Source: the human T2T-CHM13v2.0 reference genome, Homo sapiens. From it: a DNA stretch of 64,000 nucleotides. Under the pieces are notes generated by a model, which was not told the DNA's origin, did no database searches, and worked only from the letters and a program-made list of their open reading frames with translations. Shown piece by piece: positions 27,288 through 41,834 of this stretch. Location: the NCBI RefSeq assembly GCF_009914755.1, contig NC_060926.1; one strand, given 5' to 3'. A program made the position numbers and the translations under genes. Within the stretch, counting starts at the first letter, position 1. Each line of letters starts with the position of its first letter.

Positions 27288-28311
27288 TGGAGCAGAATAC
27301 AAAGACATCCAAGAACGGCTTCTTAGTTTTTCCTTTCAATTTGACAATATTGATGTTTAGACTTTTATTTTGTCTTCCTCTGATGGATGAGCATTTTTCC
27401 AGTCATGCCAAGCCAGAGAGAGTCTAATATTGGTCTTATATCACAGCTATATGATGTGGCTGTGAGTGTGAGTGAGAGAGAGAGCAAGTGTGTGTGTGGA
27501 TGTGTTTTCTACTTTGTTGCAGTGACTTCTAAGTGCAGTGATATACAGAGACAAATGAAATCAAGAAAGATTACTATGATTCCATAATTTAATATATTCA
27601 AACAAAAAGAAATCTTTGAATTTTGTAGCATATTATAAACTCTTTTATATAGTTTCGGCACTGACAAAAGACATCCCTCAATAAACATGTAAACATTTGC
27701 ACACATATATACCCACACATATACTGGATTATTTACTGAAAAAAGTATTTAAACATATATTCTTACAATGGATATATACTAGATATAAATTAAAAAGAGC
27801 AAAAAATAATGTTTACTAGATATCAACTGAACACACCAAAAAACATGTTTAGGAGATGATATACGAACTCTGTCTTACTAACTATCCACCAGATTTTTAA
27901 TTAGAGTTTTGGACTTCTATATTCAGTATAGAAATGTCTTAAAATAACTACAATGAACTGGAAGAAAATTCATAAAAATAAACACAACACAAACGATTTC
28001 ATTTACTCTCAAGAATATAAGCCTTTGAAGTTTAATAATAGTTTTTATATTGTAACAAACCCCGCTTTTTAAAACATAACGGTGATAGATATTAATTGCC
28101 ACAGGCATGTCAAAAACTTCTCTTTCCACATGCTATCTATTGTTATTTTTACATCATTCTATATAGTATAGTTTATTAAGTAACACATTTTTAATTTTAT
28201 AGAAGTCAAATATCAGATTCAAACAGTCTGAAAAACCCAAAGTTGGTTAGATTCTGACCTCGTGAAAGGCCTTGCTTTTATTTTAACTTAATGAACTGTC
28301 TTCTTTACTAG

Positions 28312-28710
<399 letters not shown>

Positions 28711-29099
28711 TATCATGCTTAATTTTATGTGCCATCTTGACTGGTCAATTGTTTGATCAAATGCTAGTCTGGATGTTGCTGTGATGGTATTTTTTACATA
28801 TGTTTAACATTTATTAGTAGGCTTTGAGTAAAGCAGATTAACCTCTACAATGTTGGTGGATCTCATCCAATCTATTGAAAGTCTTGAAAAAGATTGAGGT
28901 ACTCTGAATCTCCAGCTTACTGTCCTGCCCTGCCCTGCAGATTTGCAGATTTTGGACTTGCCAGCCCCCACAGTCATGTGAACCAATTCTTTCAATTAAA
29001 TCTCTTTTTCTTTCTCTCTCTCTACTACACACACACACAGACACACACACACTCTCTCTCTCTTTTATTGGTTCTCTTCCTCTTATGAATCCAAATACA
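28711..29099 (+). mobile_element. Solo ERVL LTR (MLT2C/D-like) with (CT)n(CA)n tract
   Basis: ttaattttatgtgccatcttgactgg...ttgagtaaagcagatta...attggttctcttcctctt...aataca. Confidence 0.8.
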
Positions 29100-30626
29100 T
29101 TCTTTATAACTAAAAAGCATATACAGGTGCTCAGGCTCAGAAAATAGGGGTTGGCACTTCTAATTGGACTTCAGGATATGCTTTTAAGTGGCTGCCCAAA
29201 TATCAGGTGAACAGGTTTTTAGTTCTGCCATGCTGCATACTAGCAAAAAAAAAAAAATTATATAAAATATTTTTACTCCTCTGAACCTTAACTTTATTAA
29301 ATCCAAAATGGCTATGTTGAAGAGTAGAATATGTAATAAAGAGAAGAGACCAAAAATCTTAGTTTCCCACTAAACAACAAAGTATATAAAATTATTTTAC
29401 ATTATATTTGATATAGAAAGATGTCCTTTTTAAGTTAATAGGCATGCAAATAATTTACAAAGACTCACCATATATATGTATAACAAATTTTATTCACAAC
29501 TCTTTTTGATCAACATGAGATCATAAAACATTTTGTAGCAAGGATTTTATAAAATAGAAAGTAATTATTTAGACATTGAAATTGGAGGATAAAGAAAAAT
29601 GCAATGGAGATATACATATGTAATTTATTAATTTCAATGAAATGCGTATCCACTGTTTTCTAAATTTAGGCAGTGTTTCATATGTCATCTGGCTAGTAAG
29701 TTAGCCTCTGCTATAACTATAAACTGTATAATATATTATTATTACATTCTTCAATAAGATAAATAGGTCTCTATGATTTTTAATTTTCAAGTCAATTGTA
29801 TCTAAATTTTTGACCACTATATGAAAGCTTCTAATTCATTTTTTATTATAGAATGCAAACAGCTCTTTCCCTACTTTGACCTTGCTGCTTGAGGAGCATA
29901 TTTGTACAGTTATTTTAAGAAGGATACAAATCTTTGGTAAATCAATGACTGAAATTTGTCTTCATAGAATAGTTATAAACACATTTTTAATAATGTTAAA
30001 AGTATATCACCATATGTTTCTCTAGAAGCCCTAATTTTGTCTTTTAATATTGTACATTCATTTTGAGTTGTGAATGACAAGGAGTGATGGCTTGTCACCA
30101 TCAGTTCTCAATTGCATCTGAAATATAAAATAAAATGAACAAAAGTCACATTTAATGAAAATTTCGCTACAAGCAAGATAAGTTTTATTAGCTGTTTCTC
30201 AGTGAATAGTTTTTGTAATGTACTCCAGTTCATAGATTCTTATATTATCATAAACAAAATTTAAATATAACAAAGGATGAACTTTCTATTTCCTTTCAAC
30301 ATATTGACAAATTAAAATCCTCTATATGCACTTGTGTTACTTTTATATTATTTTTTAAAAATTTTTGTTTAATTTTATTCTGTTAGCTACATCAGATTTT
30401 GAGCTTCATCTACTGTTAGGTCAAATGCTACTTATCATAAAGTTGTAGTCTGTATATTTGTATCTTTTATATACAATATTGATAAATTCAGCTTATGATT
30501 TCCATCTCTGGATATCATATGGATTCTTGTATATGCATCCCTTCTAGAATCTCATCATCTGAAAATGTGGTAACTATTACCTTGAAGTCTTCTCCAAGTT
30601 ACTCATAACACTCTACTCTGTGGTAG

Positions 30627-30950
<324 letters not shown>

Positions 30951-31008
30951 GGTAGTTATATTTTTAAAGCCATGCCTTCATATAGGTTGTCATCAACTAC
31001 AATAAACT

Positions 31009-31429
31009 TAATATAGTTTGAATGTGTGTCCCTGCCCAAATCTCACATTGAAATGTGACCCCAGTGTTGAAGGTGGAGGCTGGTGGGAGGTGATTGGGTC
31101 ATGACAGTGGATTTCTAATGCGTAGTTTAGTACGTCCCCTTAGTACTGTCCTTGTGACAGTGAGTGAGTTCTCTTGAGATCTGGTAAATTTAAAATGTGT
31201 AGCGCCTGCCTCCCTCTCTTGCTCCTGCTCTAGCTATGTGATATGCTTGCTCCCCCTTTGCCTTCTGCCATGATTATAAATTTCCTGAGGCCTCCCCAAA
31301 AGCCATGCAGATGCAAGCATCATGCTTCCTGTATAGCCTGCAGAACCATGGGCCAATTAGATGGCTTTCCTTTATAAATTACCCAGTCTCAAGTATTTAT
31401 TTATAGCAATATGAGAATGGACTAATACA
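31009..31429 (+). mobile_element. Solo MSTA/MSTB LTR
   Basis: taatatagtttg...ggactaataca. Perfect TSD aaact at 31004-31008 and 31430-31434. Confidence 0.92.
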
Positions 31430-32052
31430 AAACTTTAACATTTACGTAATGCTATTGCCATGTATCCCATGCATCCCATTTGTTACATGGATAGTCTTGA
31501 TAAAAAATTAAATACCATGTTTTTAACTTTCCCCACTAAACAGGCTTTTTGCCACAAAAAAGGATCCCATATTATTATTTTTATCAAGACCATATGTCTA
31601 ATGCTTGTGCAGTCTAGTTTTTCACATCTTTATCAATTTTGGAAGCATTTGGCCACTGCCATCTTTAACCTCTTCCCTAATATAATTTAATTTAATTAAT
31701 ATGATAGAATTTTTCAAAATTATATCATATTAAACTTCACCTATATTTCTTATAAATAACAATCTTGCTCTGGAAATTGGTATTATTTAAAGAAATTAAA
31801 GCCTCATGCTTCTATATCCTTTCACATCCATAGACCAATTAGAAATTACAAAAGCAACCATATAATTGGATAAGGAATTAAAAGTGAGTATTTCTTTTAG
31901 ACTGCTTGTGTGGTTACCACAGTCCAGGTTCCTCACCTGTCCCTAGCAGGATATCATTTAAAAATTGACAATATTAAAAAATTGCATAGGTACAATGCCT
32001 GTACTTAAATTTGGAAACGTGATTCTCGTTATTTGTGGATGTAAGCAACTAA

Positions 32053-32412
<360 letters not shown>

Positions 32413-33748
32413 CCCTGTGCTAAATTTTTAATGTATGCTTTGCTTCCTGTGGCAAGTCAAAAACTCTTTGAGGTCAGAAAAGATGACACATTCATCTATA
32501 ACCTGAGCATAATAGGAGAAAAAAGTAGTTGTTCTCACTTTACTGCCTACTTATATTTTATTTTGTTCTAAATAAGTAGAATGATTTCTTTCTATATTAA
32601 CAGCAGTCTTCCTAATAAAAGTTCTAAAATAAAATATCATAAATTCTCAAATTTAAACTCTCTAGCATTAACATTAAATTACCTGTCCAAATCAGTAGCT
32701 TAATAGCTTTATTTTTCTTAAAGTAATTTTATAGTTAATACCATTTTTTAAAGTCAACAATAATTTTTTTAAATATAGTTTATATGATTACTTACCTCAA
32801 ATTATCATTTCAGACAGATAGTTCTAAAGTTCTAGAACATCTAGGAGCATTCATGTAGGCATACAAATTGACCTATATGTTTTCTGCTTTCTATCTTACG
32901 TATTATTATTATAATTATTTGCATAGTTACCATGTTTTATTTTCGAGATCCTACCTGGTCTGTTTAAAAGAGAGTAACAGATTTAAGTGGTTTACCAATA
33001 TTAATATCTATAAATCACACACATTTAACTTTTGTAGATTTGAGGCTTCTGTCATTTGTTTAAACCTAGTTTATAATAAGAAATATATTGGCCAGTTGAA
33101 AATGTGTGAAGGCAAAATATCTGGAAGTATTAAATAACGATGCCTACCACCTTATTATAGATCTTAACATTAAGTATTTTCCAGTCAGAGGCATCTATTG
33201 ATGTAAAAATGTTTGAAATTATTATTGTGGCAACATGGAAATGTATACACAAAAGAAATCAGTCCTTGGTTTATATTTTGCTGTTTGTTCTTGGGATATT
33301 TATTAGGAAGGTAGGTTAGATGCGTTATACAAACATTTTGTGAATTTTATAATAATATATGAATGTGTGTGTATATAAATACATGTACATGCAAGTATAA
33401 ATATATAAACGTAAATCATATACTAGAACTCTACTTATTGGCTGTTATATACTGTATACCTTTCAGTTTGCTTGTATAGTAATATATATTCTTTTAATAA
33501 ATCTTTTTGTCAAATAACAATAACTGAGTTACATTTCAAATAAACAAAGTATTTTTCAAAACAAGGAGTTTAGTGTCAATATATGTAATCAATGTAAAAA
33601 AATATCTAACATTACTTTAGTGTTTTGGCCTACTGCATATGGTCAGAGGCATCCATTGACACGGGGAAGAGTGAGATTACTATTGAGAACACAAGAGTTT
33701 ATTTTTATGATATAATAAATTTTGTTGTATGTAATATATGGTTTAATA

Positions 33749-34043
33749 TTTTTTTTCTTTTGAGCCAGGGTCCAACTCTGGTACCCAAGCTGGAGTGCAG
33801 GGATGTAATCATAGCTCACTGCAGTCTCGATTTCACGGGATCAGTCAAACTTTCTACCTCAGCCTCCCAAATATCTGGGATTATGGGCATACGCCACCAT
33901 GTCCTGCTAATTTAAAAAACTTTTTGTAGAGATTGGGTCCTTTACGTTGCCCGGGCTGGTCTCAAACTCCTGGCCTCCAGCAATCCTCCTGCCTCAGCAT
34001 TCCAAAGTGCTAGGATTATAGACATGAGGCACTGCACTCAAAC
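33749..34043 (-). mobile_element. AluJ-like element
   Basis: atcatagctcactgcagtctcg and ttgcccgggctggtctcaaactcctggcctc; strongly diverged. Confidence 0.88.
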
Positions 34044-35003
34044 CTTTGTTATAATTTATTTGTACAGTTCCTATTTTGCAACCATTTTGATTGATAAAAT
34101 AGGAAATGAAATAAATTATCTTAAAATTTTTCCTCTAAATTTAATCAAATTTGAAAGTCAACCTATATTTTAGGTTGTAACTGAGAAATACAGAAAATAA
34201 CAAACAATGAAAGAAAACCAATGAATCTGACCTATTTTATTAAAATGTAAATATATATTTGAAAATGACATTACAAAATGCACTTTATTTAATTGCAAGA
34301 CAATCCGTGAGCACTTACAGGAAATTTTCTCAAGTGAAAGAATGCAATATCACAATTGATTAAATTGTTGTAAATATACATATGATTTTTCTGGAGCAAC
34401 TGTGATAATTGAAACCTTTTAGCATTACACTAAATTAATTTGGAAAGAATGATTTTACAGATATGAAGATAATTTATTTCAAAGTGGGAATAAGCCATAT
34501 TTACTTCAGCAAGTAAAATAATTTAGCTGAAATAACTAGATTGAGGCAGAAGCCAGTTTTGCTTTGATTAACCAAATAAATGCAGTGATTCCACCACTTA
34601 TTTTCTATGTGTTTTTATCTAGATGTGTATGCATGTATGTTTGTATACAAATGCACTAGCAATGAATTTCATTGTCATGCACGAATGTCACTGAATCTTG
34701 ATAAGAAAACAAAATTCAAGCAAATACTTTAATTTCTCCCCCACAGATTTACCAAGTCTTGAATGCAAATGAGTGATACAAATTGTAAACAAATTATCTT
34801 TTGATGTTAGATGTTTATGATTTATATTGTCGTTGAAACCCATCTTGAGAAATCCTGTTTTAAATCATGAAATTATCCCTGCCTCTTCAGCATATACTTT
34901 TTGATAATCTTGAACACGTTTATATATTCCTTCTTCCATCCATTTTTTTCATCAGCTTTTGAGTGCCTATCATGTTACAGGCTTCTGAGAAGTATTATAG
35001 ATA

Positions 35004-35292
35004 GCCAGGCGGTGTGGCTCACTCCTGTAATCCCAGCACTTTGGGAAGCTGAGGCGGGTGGATCACGAAGTCAAGAGATCAAGACCACCCTGGCCAACAT
35101 GGTGAAACCCCGTTTCTACTAAAAATAAAAAAAAATTAGCTGGGCATAGTGGCACGTGCCTGTAGTCCCAGCTATTCAGGGGGCTGAGACATGAGAATCA
35201 CTTGAACCCAGGAGGCAGAGGTTGCAGAATGAGCCAAGATTGTGCCACTACACTCCAGCCTGGTGACAGAGCAAGACTCTGTCAAAAAAAAA
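35004..35292 (+). mobile_element. Alu (AluSc-like)
   Basis: gatcacgaagtcaagagatcaagacc; full dimer with a short A tail. Confidence 0.93.
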
Positions 35293-35314
35293 GGGGGGAG
35301 GGCAATACAAATGA

Positions 35315-35495
35315 CATATTTTAGTTACCTGATGTTGTATAATAAATTCTTCCAAAACTCAGTGTCATTAGAAAACAAAAATTCTATTACATTTAACAAA
35401 TGTGTGGGCTGTCTGGACACAGTTGGATATTTCTTCTCTTTGATGCAATGTCAGTTGGTGCTGCAGCAATCTGCTTCAGGGCTTGAGAGAGCTGT
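35315..35495 (-). mobile_element. Old MLT1-type MaLR LTR fragment
   Basis: ttagttacctgatgttgtataataaattcttccaaaactcagtgtcatt resembles an antisense MLT1 terminus. Confidence 0.45.
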
Positions 35496-35732
35496 TATAT
35501 ATATATATAAAGGGGAGTTTATTAAATATTAACTCAGACCATGCCTGCTTATAGTCTAGCCATGCTAGCAGTTGATTAGATTGTGCCCACCCAAATTAAG
35601 AGTGGGTCTGCCTTTCCCAGCCCACTGACTCAAATGTTACTCTCCTTTGGCAACACCCTCACAAATACACCCAGGATCAATACTTTGTATCCTTCAATCC
35701 AATCAAGTTGACACTCAGTATTAACTATCACA
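35496..35732 (-). mobile_element. HERV-L 3' LTR (MLT2A), internally deleted and truncated at its (TA)n tract
   Basis: Reverse complement reads tgtgatagttaatactgagtgtcaacttgattggattgaaggatacaaag..., preceded by the PPT caagaggtggact. Confidence 0.92.
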
Positions 35733-36041
35733 AGTCCACCTCTTGTCAACTTGAATCCATAAACTTGAAGTCATATGTAATCTTCAAATAAGGACAATAA
35801 TAAGGTCATAACTACCCCTAGTATAATACAACTGTCTTTCATACAACTGGAAATGCACCAATCCGTAGCCCAAATATTATTATATAAAGTTAATAATACT
35901 TAAATGTTGATGTAGAGTCAATAAATCTTACGTCACATGATAAAGGAGAAAAGAAATAAATTGAAAATATTTTCTTAGTACAAGTGTATACATGCACATA
36001 CATGTTTTTAACAAAAGAATGAGGAAATACAACAGTTACAG

Positions 36042-36500
36042 TCATTGTTTCTGCAGCTGCTCATGTAATTGCAGCTGGTGTCGATAACTACATTCTATTA
36101 CCCATTCTGTATTCCCTTTGCCTTCAGCAAGCACCTCAACAGGTTGTGGTATTTTTCCTGGTGGAGTGACCCAAAACTTCATTCCAGAAGGGACTGGGTA
36201 ACTTGTAGTCCTGCCTGGATTGGGCTGTTGTAGATTCCCATTGACCTTAATTACAGGGCATGGTAATACTAAGAGACACCCTAATGAATCTCCTGTATTC
36301 CATGCATACTCTTCCTTACCTCTGTTGGGGAGAGGTAGACTGATTTCATCTTGATAGTCCTGGTCAATAACCCCAACCAACACTGTAACTCCCTTCTTGG
36401 CCTATTGACTTAAAGGTAGGAGGAGGCCAAAGTGTCCAGGTTGCAATCTCAACTTCTAGTTTAATGGAATCGTTGTTGTGTCTCCTGGTGGCAGCATTCC
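36042..36500 (-). pseudogene. HERV-L dUTPase remnant
   Basis: GVIDQDYQDEISLPLPNRGKEEYAWNTGDSLGCLLVLPCPV (dUTPase motif GVIDxDYxGEI); disrupted. Confidence 0.85.
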
Positions 36501-38520
36501 TCCCTCTGGAACTAAGACCCCTAGGCCGGCAGAACGTAATGTCACAGGAACAGGAAGCAAAAAGTTTGCTAATGGATAAATAGGGGTGATGGTGAGTGGT
36601 GTCACTTCCACTTCCACCCCTCGATTGCTGGACCTGTGAATCCTGGCTATGGGAAAAACAGTACTATGTGTTGGACACTGATTCAGAACATACATGGCTT
36701 CTGGAGAACTTTGCCCCAGGCCTGCAAAAAATTGTCACCTACTTGGCATTGTAATTCTGACCCCAAGAGGCCATTCCACTGTTCTATCAATTCAGCTGCT
36801 TCAGGGTGATGGGAAACATGGTAAGACCAGTGAATCCCATGAGCATGAGCCCACTGCTGCACTTCTTTAGCCTTAAAGTGAGGGCCTTTGTCAGACGCAA
36901 TGCTGTGTGGAATACCATGATGGCGGATAAGGCATTCCATGAGTCCACGGATGGCAGACTTGGCAGAAGCACTGCATTCAGGATAGGTAAACCAATACCC
37001 GTAGTAAGTGTTTATTCCAATGAGGACAAACCTCTGCCCTTTCCATGATGAAAAGTGTCCAATATAATCAACCTGCCACTAGGTAGCTGGCTGATCACCC
37101 TGAGGAATGGTGACATATCAAGGGCTCAGTATTGTTCTCTGCTGCTGGCAAATTCCTTTCATGAAAAGTTCACAACCAGATGCACTGCTCAAAGTTCTGC
37201 CAACTGGGAAGATTTCTCTTCACTGCTGCCTTCAGGGATGTCCTAGAAAGGGGCTGTACTGCTGTAGCTGTCCACTTTCGGGTGGTGCCTGCATATTGTG
37301 CAGAACCATCTGTGTACAAGGCCGTAGTCTTCTCTTCCTCTGTCAACTGTTCATAGGGAACTCCCCATGAAGCTATTGGTGCAGAATGGGGGAAAGAAGT
37401 GGCAGGAGTGGAGACCATGAGCATTTGAGCCACTTCCTCATGTAACTTACTTGTGCCTTCAGGACCTGCTCGAGCCCAACCATGTATATACCACTTCCAT
37501 TCGATGATGGAATACTGCTGTGCATGACCTACTTTATGGTTAGATGGGTCAGAAAACACCCAGTTCGTGGTAGGCAGTTCAGGTCGCATGGTGACTTGAT
37601 GACCCGTAGTCAAATGTTCAGTTTCCACCAAAGCCCAGTAACAGGCCAAGAGTTGTCTCTCAAAAGGAGAGTAGTTATCTGCAGAAGATGGCAGGGCCTT
37701 GTTCCAAAATCCTAGAGGCCTCCCCTGTGATTCACCACTAGGGTCCTGACAAAGGCTCCTAACAGCATCTCTATCTGCCACTGACACCTCAAGCATAATT
37801 GGATCTGCTGGGTCATATGACTCAAGTGGCAGAGCAGCTTACACAGCAGCCTGGACCTGTTGCTGAGCCTTCTCCTGTTCTGGACCCCACTCAAAACCGA
37901 CAGCAACTTATCCTTCACCTTAGAAGAAATATCTCAACAGTTCCCACACCCTGGATAAGTAGAAATTCCAGTGAGGTAGAAAGTCCCTGAATTTTAGTCG
38001 AATTTATTTCCCATCCTCTTGCACACAAATATCTCACCAATAAGTCCAGTGTGTTTGCTAATTCTTGCTCATGGGACCCAATCAGTATAATTTCATCAAT
38101 ATAATGAATCAGTGTGATATCCCGTGGATGCAAAAAGCAATCAAGGTGTCTTCAAATATGATTATGACACAAAGCATGAGAATTGATATGCTCCCAAAGT
38201 AGGACAGTAAAGATTTGTTGCTGGCCTTACCAGCTGAGGGCAAATTGCTTCTGGTGGGCCTTATGGATAAGAATGGAGAAAAAGGCATTTGCCAAGTCAA
38301 TGGCTGCATACCAGATACCAGGAGATGTGTTAATTTGTCAAGCAATGAAACCATATCTGGTAGAGCAGCTGCAATGGCAGTCACCACTTGGTTAAGCTTA
38401 AAATAATCCACTGTCATTCTCCATAATACATCAGTCTTCTGACAGGTCAAATAGGAGGGTTGAATAGAGATGTGGTGGGAATCACCACCCCTGTGTCTTT
38501 CAAGTCCTTGATGGGTCCAC
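36456..38520 (-). pseudogene. HERV-L pol remnant (RT, RNase H, integrase), frameshifted and with a deletion near 37150
   Basis: WRMTVDYFKLNQVV; HYIDEIILIG (YIDD); LEVSVADRDAV..YSPFERQLLACYWAL; YTDGSAQY; HGIPHSIASDKGPHF..HPEAAELIEQWNG. Confidence 0.9.
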
Positions 38521-38649
38521 AGTATTGTGCAGAACCATCTGTGTACAAGGCCCTAGTCTTCTCTTCCTCTGTCAACTGTTGATAGGGAATTCCCCATGAA
38601 GCTATCGGTGCAGAATGGAGGAGAGAAGTAGCAGGAGTTGTCTCCAATT

Positions 38650-41140
38650 AGAGTGGCACTAATCTCTGCAACCCCTAAAGAGATACGATATGGTTTTTGA
38701 TTTACTATTTTTCTGGGTAGATGCAGCTCTAATGACTTCCATTTGGCCTTTCCCACTGTAATAGCCCTCACCCTACCAGTCATGGAGCCAATGTGGGGAT
38801 TCTGCCAGCTGCTAAGTATGTCTATGCCAATTACGCATTCTGGCATTGGGGAAATGACCACAGGATGAGTCTGGGACCCACTGGATGCACTGTAAGTCAG
38901 ACCTGAGCTGAAACTCCATTAATTACCTGACCTCCATAAGCTTCTACTTTAACTGGAGGACCACAATAACGTTTAGGGTCCGCTGGTATCAACGTCAGCT
39001 CAGAGCCAGTGTCCAGTAGTCCCCCAAATGTCTGATCATTTCCCTTTCCTCAGTACACAGTTACCCTGGTAAAAGGCTGGAGATCTCCTTGGGGGAGGAT
39101 GGGAGAAAGATTCACTGCATAAATTGTCGGTAGTGTAGTGGGGTCCTTCCTCCAGGGGAGCTGGACTCCCCTTCATTCAAGGGGTTCTGGATCTGTAAAT
39201 TAGCTCAAGTCTGGAAATTGATTGAACAGCCATGATTCTCTGTTTTTATAATTCAAATTAGTTTTTTGTCCATTCAACCTAGAAATTTTCTGCTTGTATA
39301 AATTAAGTAGGAATGCAGTAGATTTCCTATTAATTTCACACTTAAGAACACCGTGATTGATTAGCCAATGCCAGAGCTCTACAGGAATCAGACTATTCTG
39401 ATTGCTGCTTTGCCTCTGCTGTTCATTATGATAGTTATGCTCACCTTGCCTTTGACTGTTCAGTGCCACCACTTGGCCCCTGCCACCTTGGGATCCAATT
39501 ATTCCTATTGTATTTAAACTTTGTAGTTGGCTGACTGCGGTTCCCACCATCAGATCTGACATACAGAGAAGAGCAATTACAGGACTCTTCAAAGATTCAG
39601 GTACTGCCCTCAAAAATCTATTTCACAAGGCATTGGTCAAGTGTATGTCTTCTGGACCCTCCCAGCTGGGATTATTAGGTCTAAAGTGACTAATCCACTC
39701 TACCTTCCCAATCTCCCTAAGCCTTTGGATCCCTTCCTCTATATTAAACCAAAGGAGATCGGGCATTTCTAGCTCGCTCACAGTGGGCCATCTTTTAATT
39801 CATATTTCAGCTAACCAAGCAAATAAACTATTAGAATCTTTTTTAACTCCCTGAGCTGCAACATTAAATGCAGCGTCCCTACTTAGTGGGCCGAAATCAA
39901 TAAATTCAGCCTGACCCAACTCTTTATTCCTTCCACCATTATCCCACACCCTTAATTTCCATCCCCATGCCTTTTCTCCAGATTTCTGTTTATATAAATT
40001 AAAAAACACAAGGAGTTCTTTTTGAGTGTAGCACACCACCTCATGGGTCACACTCTCAACCACACCTCTAGGGGTCTGCAGGAACTTTAGTCTAGTTATA
40101 GATCTAGAAGCAAACATGGGTGTTAGGGGTGGCTCCTGAGGAGAATCAACATTATCTTGCCTGGCAACTGCCTCAGGGGAGGCCATCACTGTTGCCTCAG
40201 GCAGCGCAGGGTTTATCTCCTCAGACAAAGGTGGAAAGGCTGATGGCAGCATGGGTCGGGGAGGGAATGTTGCCACTACTGGGGATGGAGAAGCTCTTTC
40301 TTCTGGTAAAAAAGTTTCATCAGGGTTTACAAACTCAATGTCCCAGCTTCATCAGTGTCCTCCCACATATCCCCATTACAAGTTGCAGGGTCCCATTCTT
40401 TTCCAATCTATGCCCTCACTTTAACAGTAGACACTTGGCGAGGCTGTGCATGCACCTTTTGTTGCAGGTCAGTCACTCGCATGATAAAAGATTTTGCAGT
40501 GGCTCATGACTGTAATCCCAGAACTTTGGGAAGCCAAGGTGGGTGGATTACCTGAGGTCAGGAGTTCAAGAGCAACCTGGCCAACATGGCGAAACCCCAT
40601 CTCTACTAGAAATACAAAAATGAACCAGGTGTGGTGGCAGGCGCCTATAATCCAAGCTACTGGGGAGGCTGAGGCAGGAGGATCACTTGAGCCCGGGAGG
40701 CGGAGGTTGCCATGAGCCAAGATCACACCACTGCACTCCAGGCTGGGTGACACAGTGAGACTCCGTCTCAAACAAAAAAAAAAGAAAAAAAAAAAGAAAA
40801 AAAAATAGCTTGTGTGTGTTTTTTCACAATTTCAGCTCTTTCTTTACAGGAGTTAAGACTTTCACTCAGGACAATCTTAGATTTCAGGCTCAGTATCTAC
40901 TTCTGAAGCCGGGAGATAGAATCTCTGAGTTCATCATTTTCTCTCATCACTTTGTCCACTGAACTTAGGAGCAACCAACCAGTTTCATAATGTTCCTTGG
41001 TTCTCCACATATGGTCAAAGTTATTATGTATAGAGTCATTAAAATCCTTGCCTTTCCTGAGTGATGAATCAGGAGTGTTAAATGCATTTATTTTGGATAA
41101 CTCTCTAAACAGTTCACATGAAGGACTATTTTCCATACTA
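38650..41140 (-). pseudogene. HERV-L gag and protease remnants
   Basis: NKELGQAEFIDFGPLSRDAAFNV; KSPVIALLC; PECVIGIDILSSWQNPHIGS. The protease LLDTGSELT motif reads on the minus strand near 39000-39025. Confidence 0.85.
40494..40805 (+). mobile_element. Alu (AluSx/Sz-like) inserted in HERV-L gag
   Basis: ggattacctgaggtcaggagttcaag with a long A tail. gag resumes at gcttgtgtgtg. Confidence 0.93.
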
Positions 41141-41292
41141 TTTTCCAGTGTTTTCCATACTATTAAAAGTAGAGTACTTAGAATTTTTTAGTCTAATCAT
41201 ATTAAGCAACCAACTCCAGAAACCCCAAAACCAATGAAAGAACTCCATCCTTAATATTCTGTTCCTCTGGAACCACTCCTGGTACCAAAATC

Positions 41293-41351
41293 TGTATTAG
41301 TCAGAGTTCTCTAGAGGGACAGAACTAATGGAATGGATACATATATGTATA
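41293..41351 (-). mobile_element. 3' tail of the HERV-L 5' LTR (MLT2A)
   Basis: tgtattagtcagagttctctagagggacagaactaat followed by TA-rich sequence. Confidence 0.9.
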
Positions 41352-41832
41352 TCATACCAGAGGAATTAACAGAAGACAACATAACGGAGATATGGAGATG
41401 AATGCTTCCAAACCAGTGCCAGATCATGAGCAAGAAGACATAGAAGGAGCAGTGTTAAAAAAAAATTGACATTAGACAATCTGGCAAAAATATTCTAGTT
41501 ACTCAAGATTGCTTTTGGCTTCTTTTATGACATGGGTCCTTCTATGATATGGGCACTGAAACCAAAGCAAATGATGGAAGAAGATTGGTACTGTATAGAA
41601 ACATTTTTAGAGAAATTAAAAAGCAAAAACATCAGACAGAAACTACTATGTATTTCCATAAAGTCACAATAAATGTGCTTGGCTTGCCAGCCTCCCCTTC
41701 CACTTCTTCCACCTGTGCCACCCTAAGAAAACAAGGTGACCCTTCCTCTTCCTTATCCTCCTCATCTACTCAATGTAAAGGTGATGAGGATAAAGACTTT
41801 TATGACACATTTCCTTTTAATTAATAGTATAT
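41352..41832 (+). mobile_element. Tigger2 3' portion (inverted relative to the rest of the element)
   Basis: ccagaggaattaacagaagac...gtatagaaacatttttagagaaattaaaaagcaaaaa (LYRNIFREIKKQK) and the Tigger2 3' region. Confidence 0.85.
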
Positions 41833-41834
41833 TC

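Larger units (their letters stand above)
35733..41292 (-). mobile_element. HERV-L internal region (gag-pro-pol-dUTPase, no env), defective
   Basis: Fragmented ORFs for gag, pro, RT, RNase H, IN and dUTPase in the canonical ERV-L order. PBS-region gattttggtaccaggagtggttcc lies next to the 5' LTR. Confidence 0.95.

Noticed and set aside
37170-37796. Longest ORF (208 aa) as a possible domesticated retroviral gene
   Set aside because: It is a fragment of HERV-L pol (connection/RNase H) bounded by frameshifts and stops, with a deletion just downstream. Nothing suggests selection.
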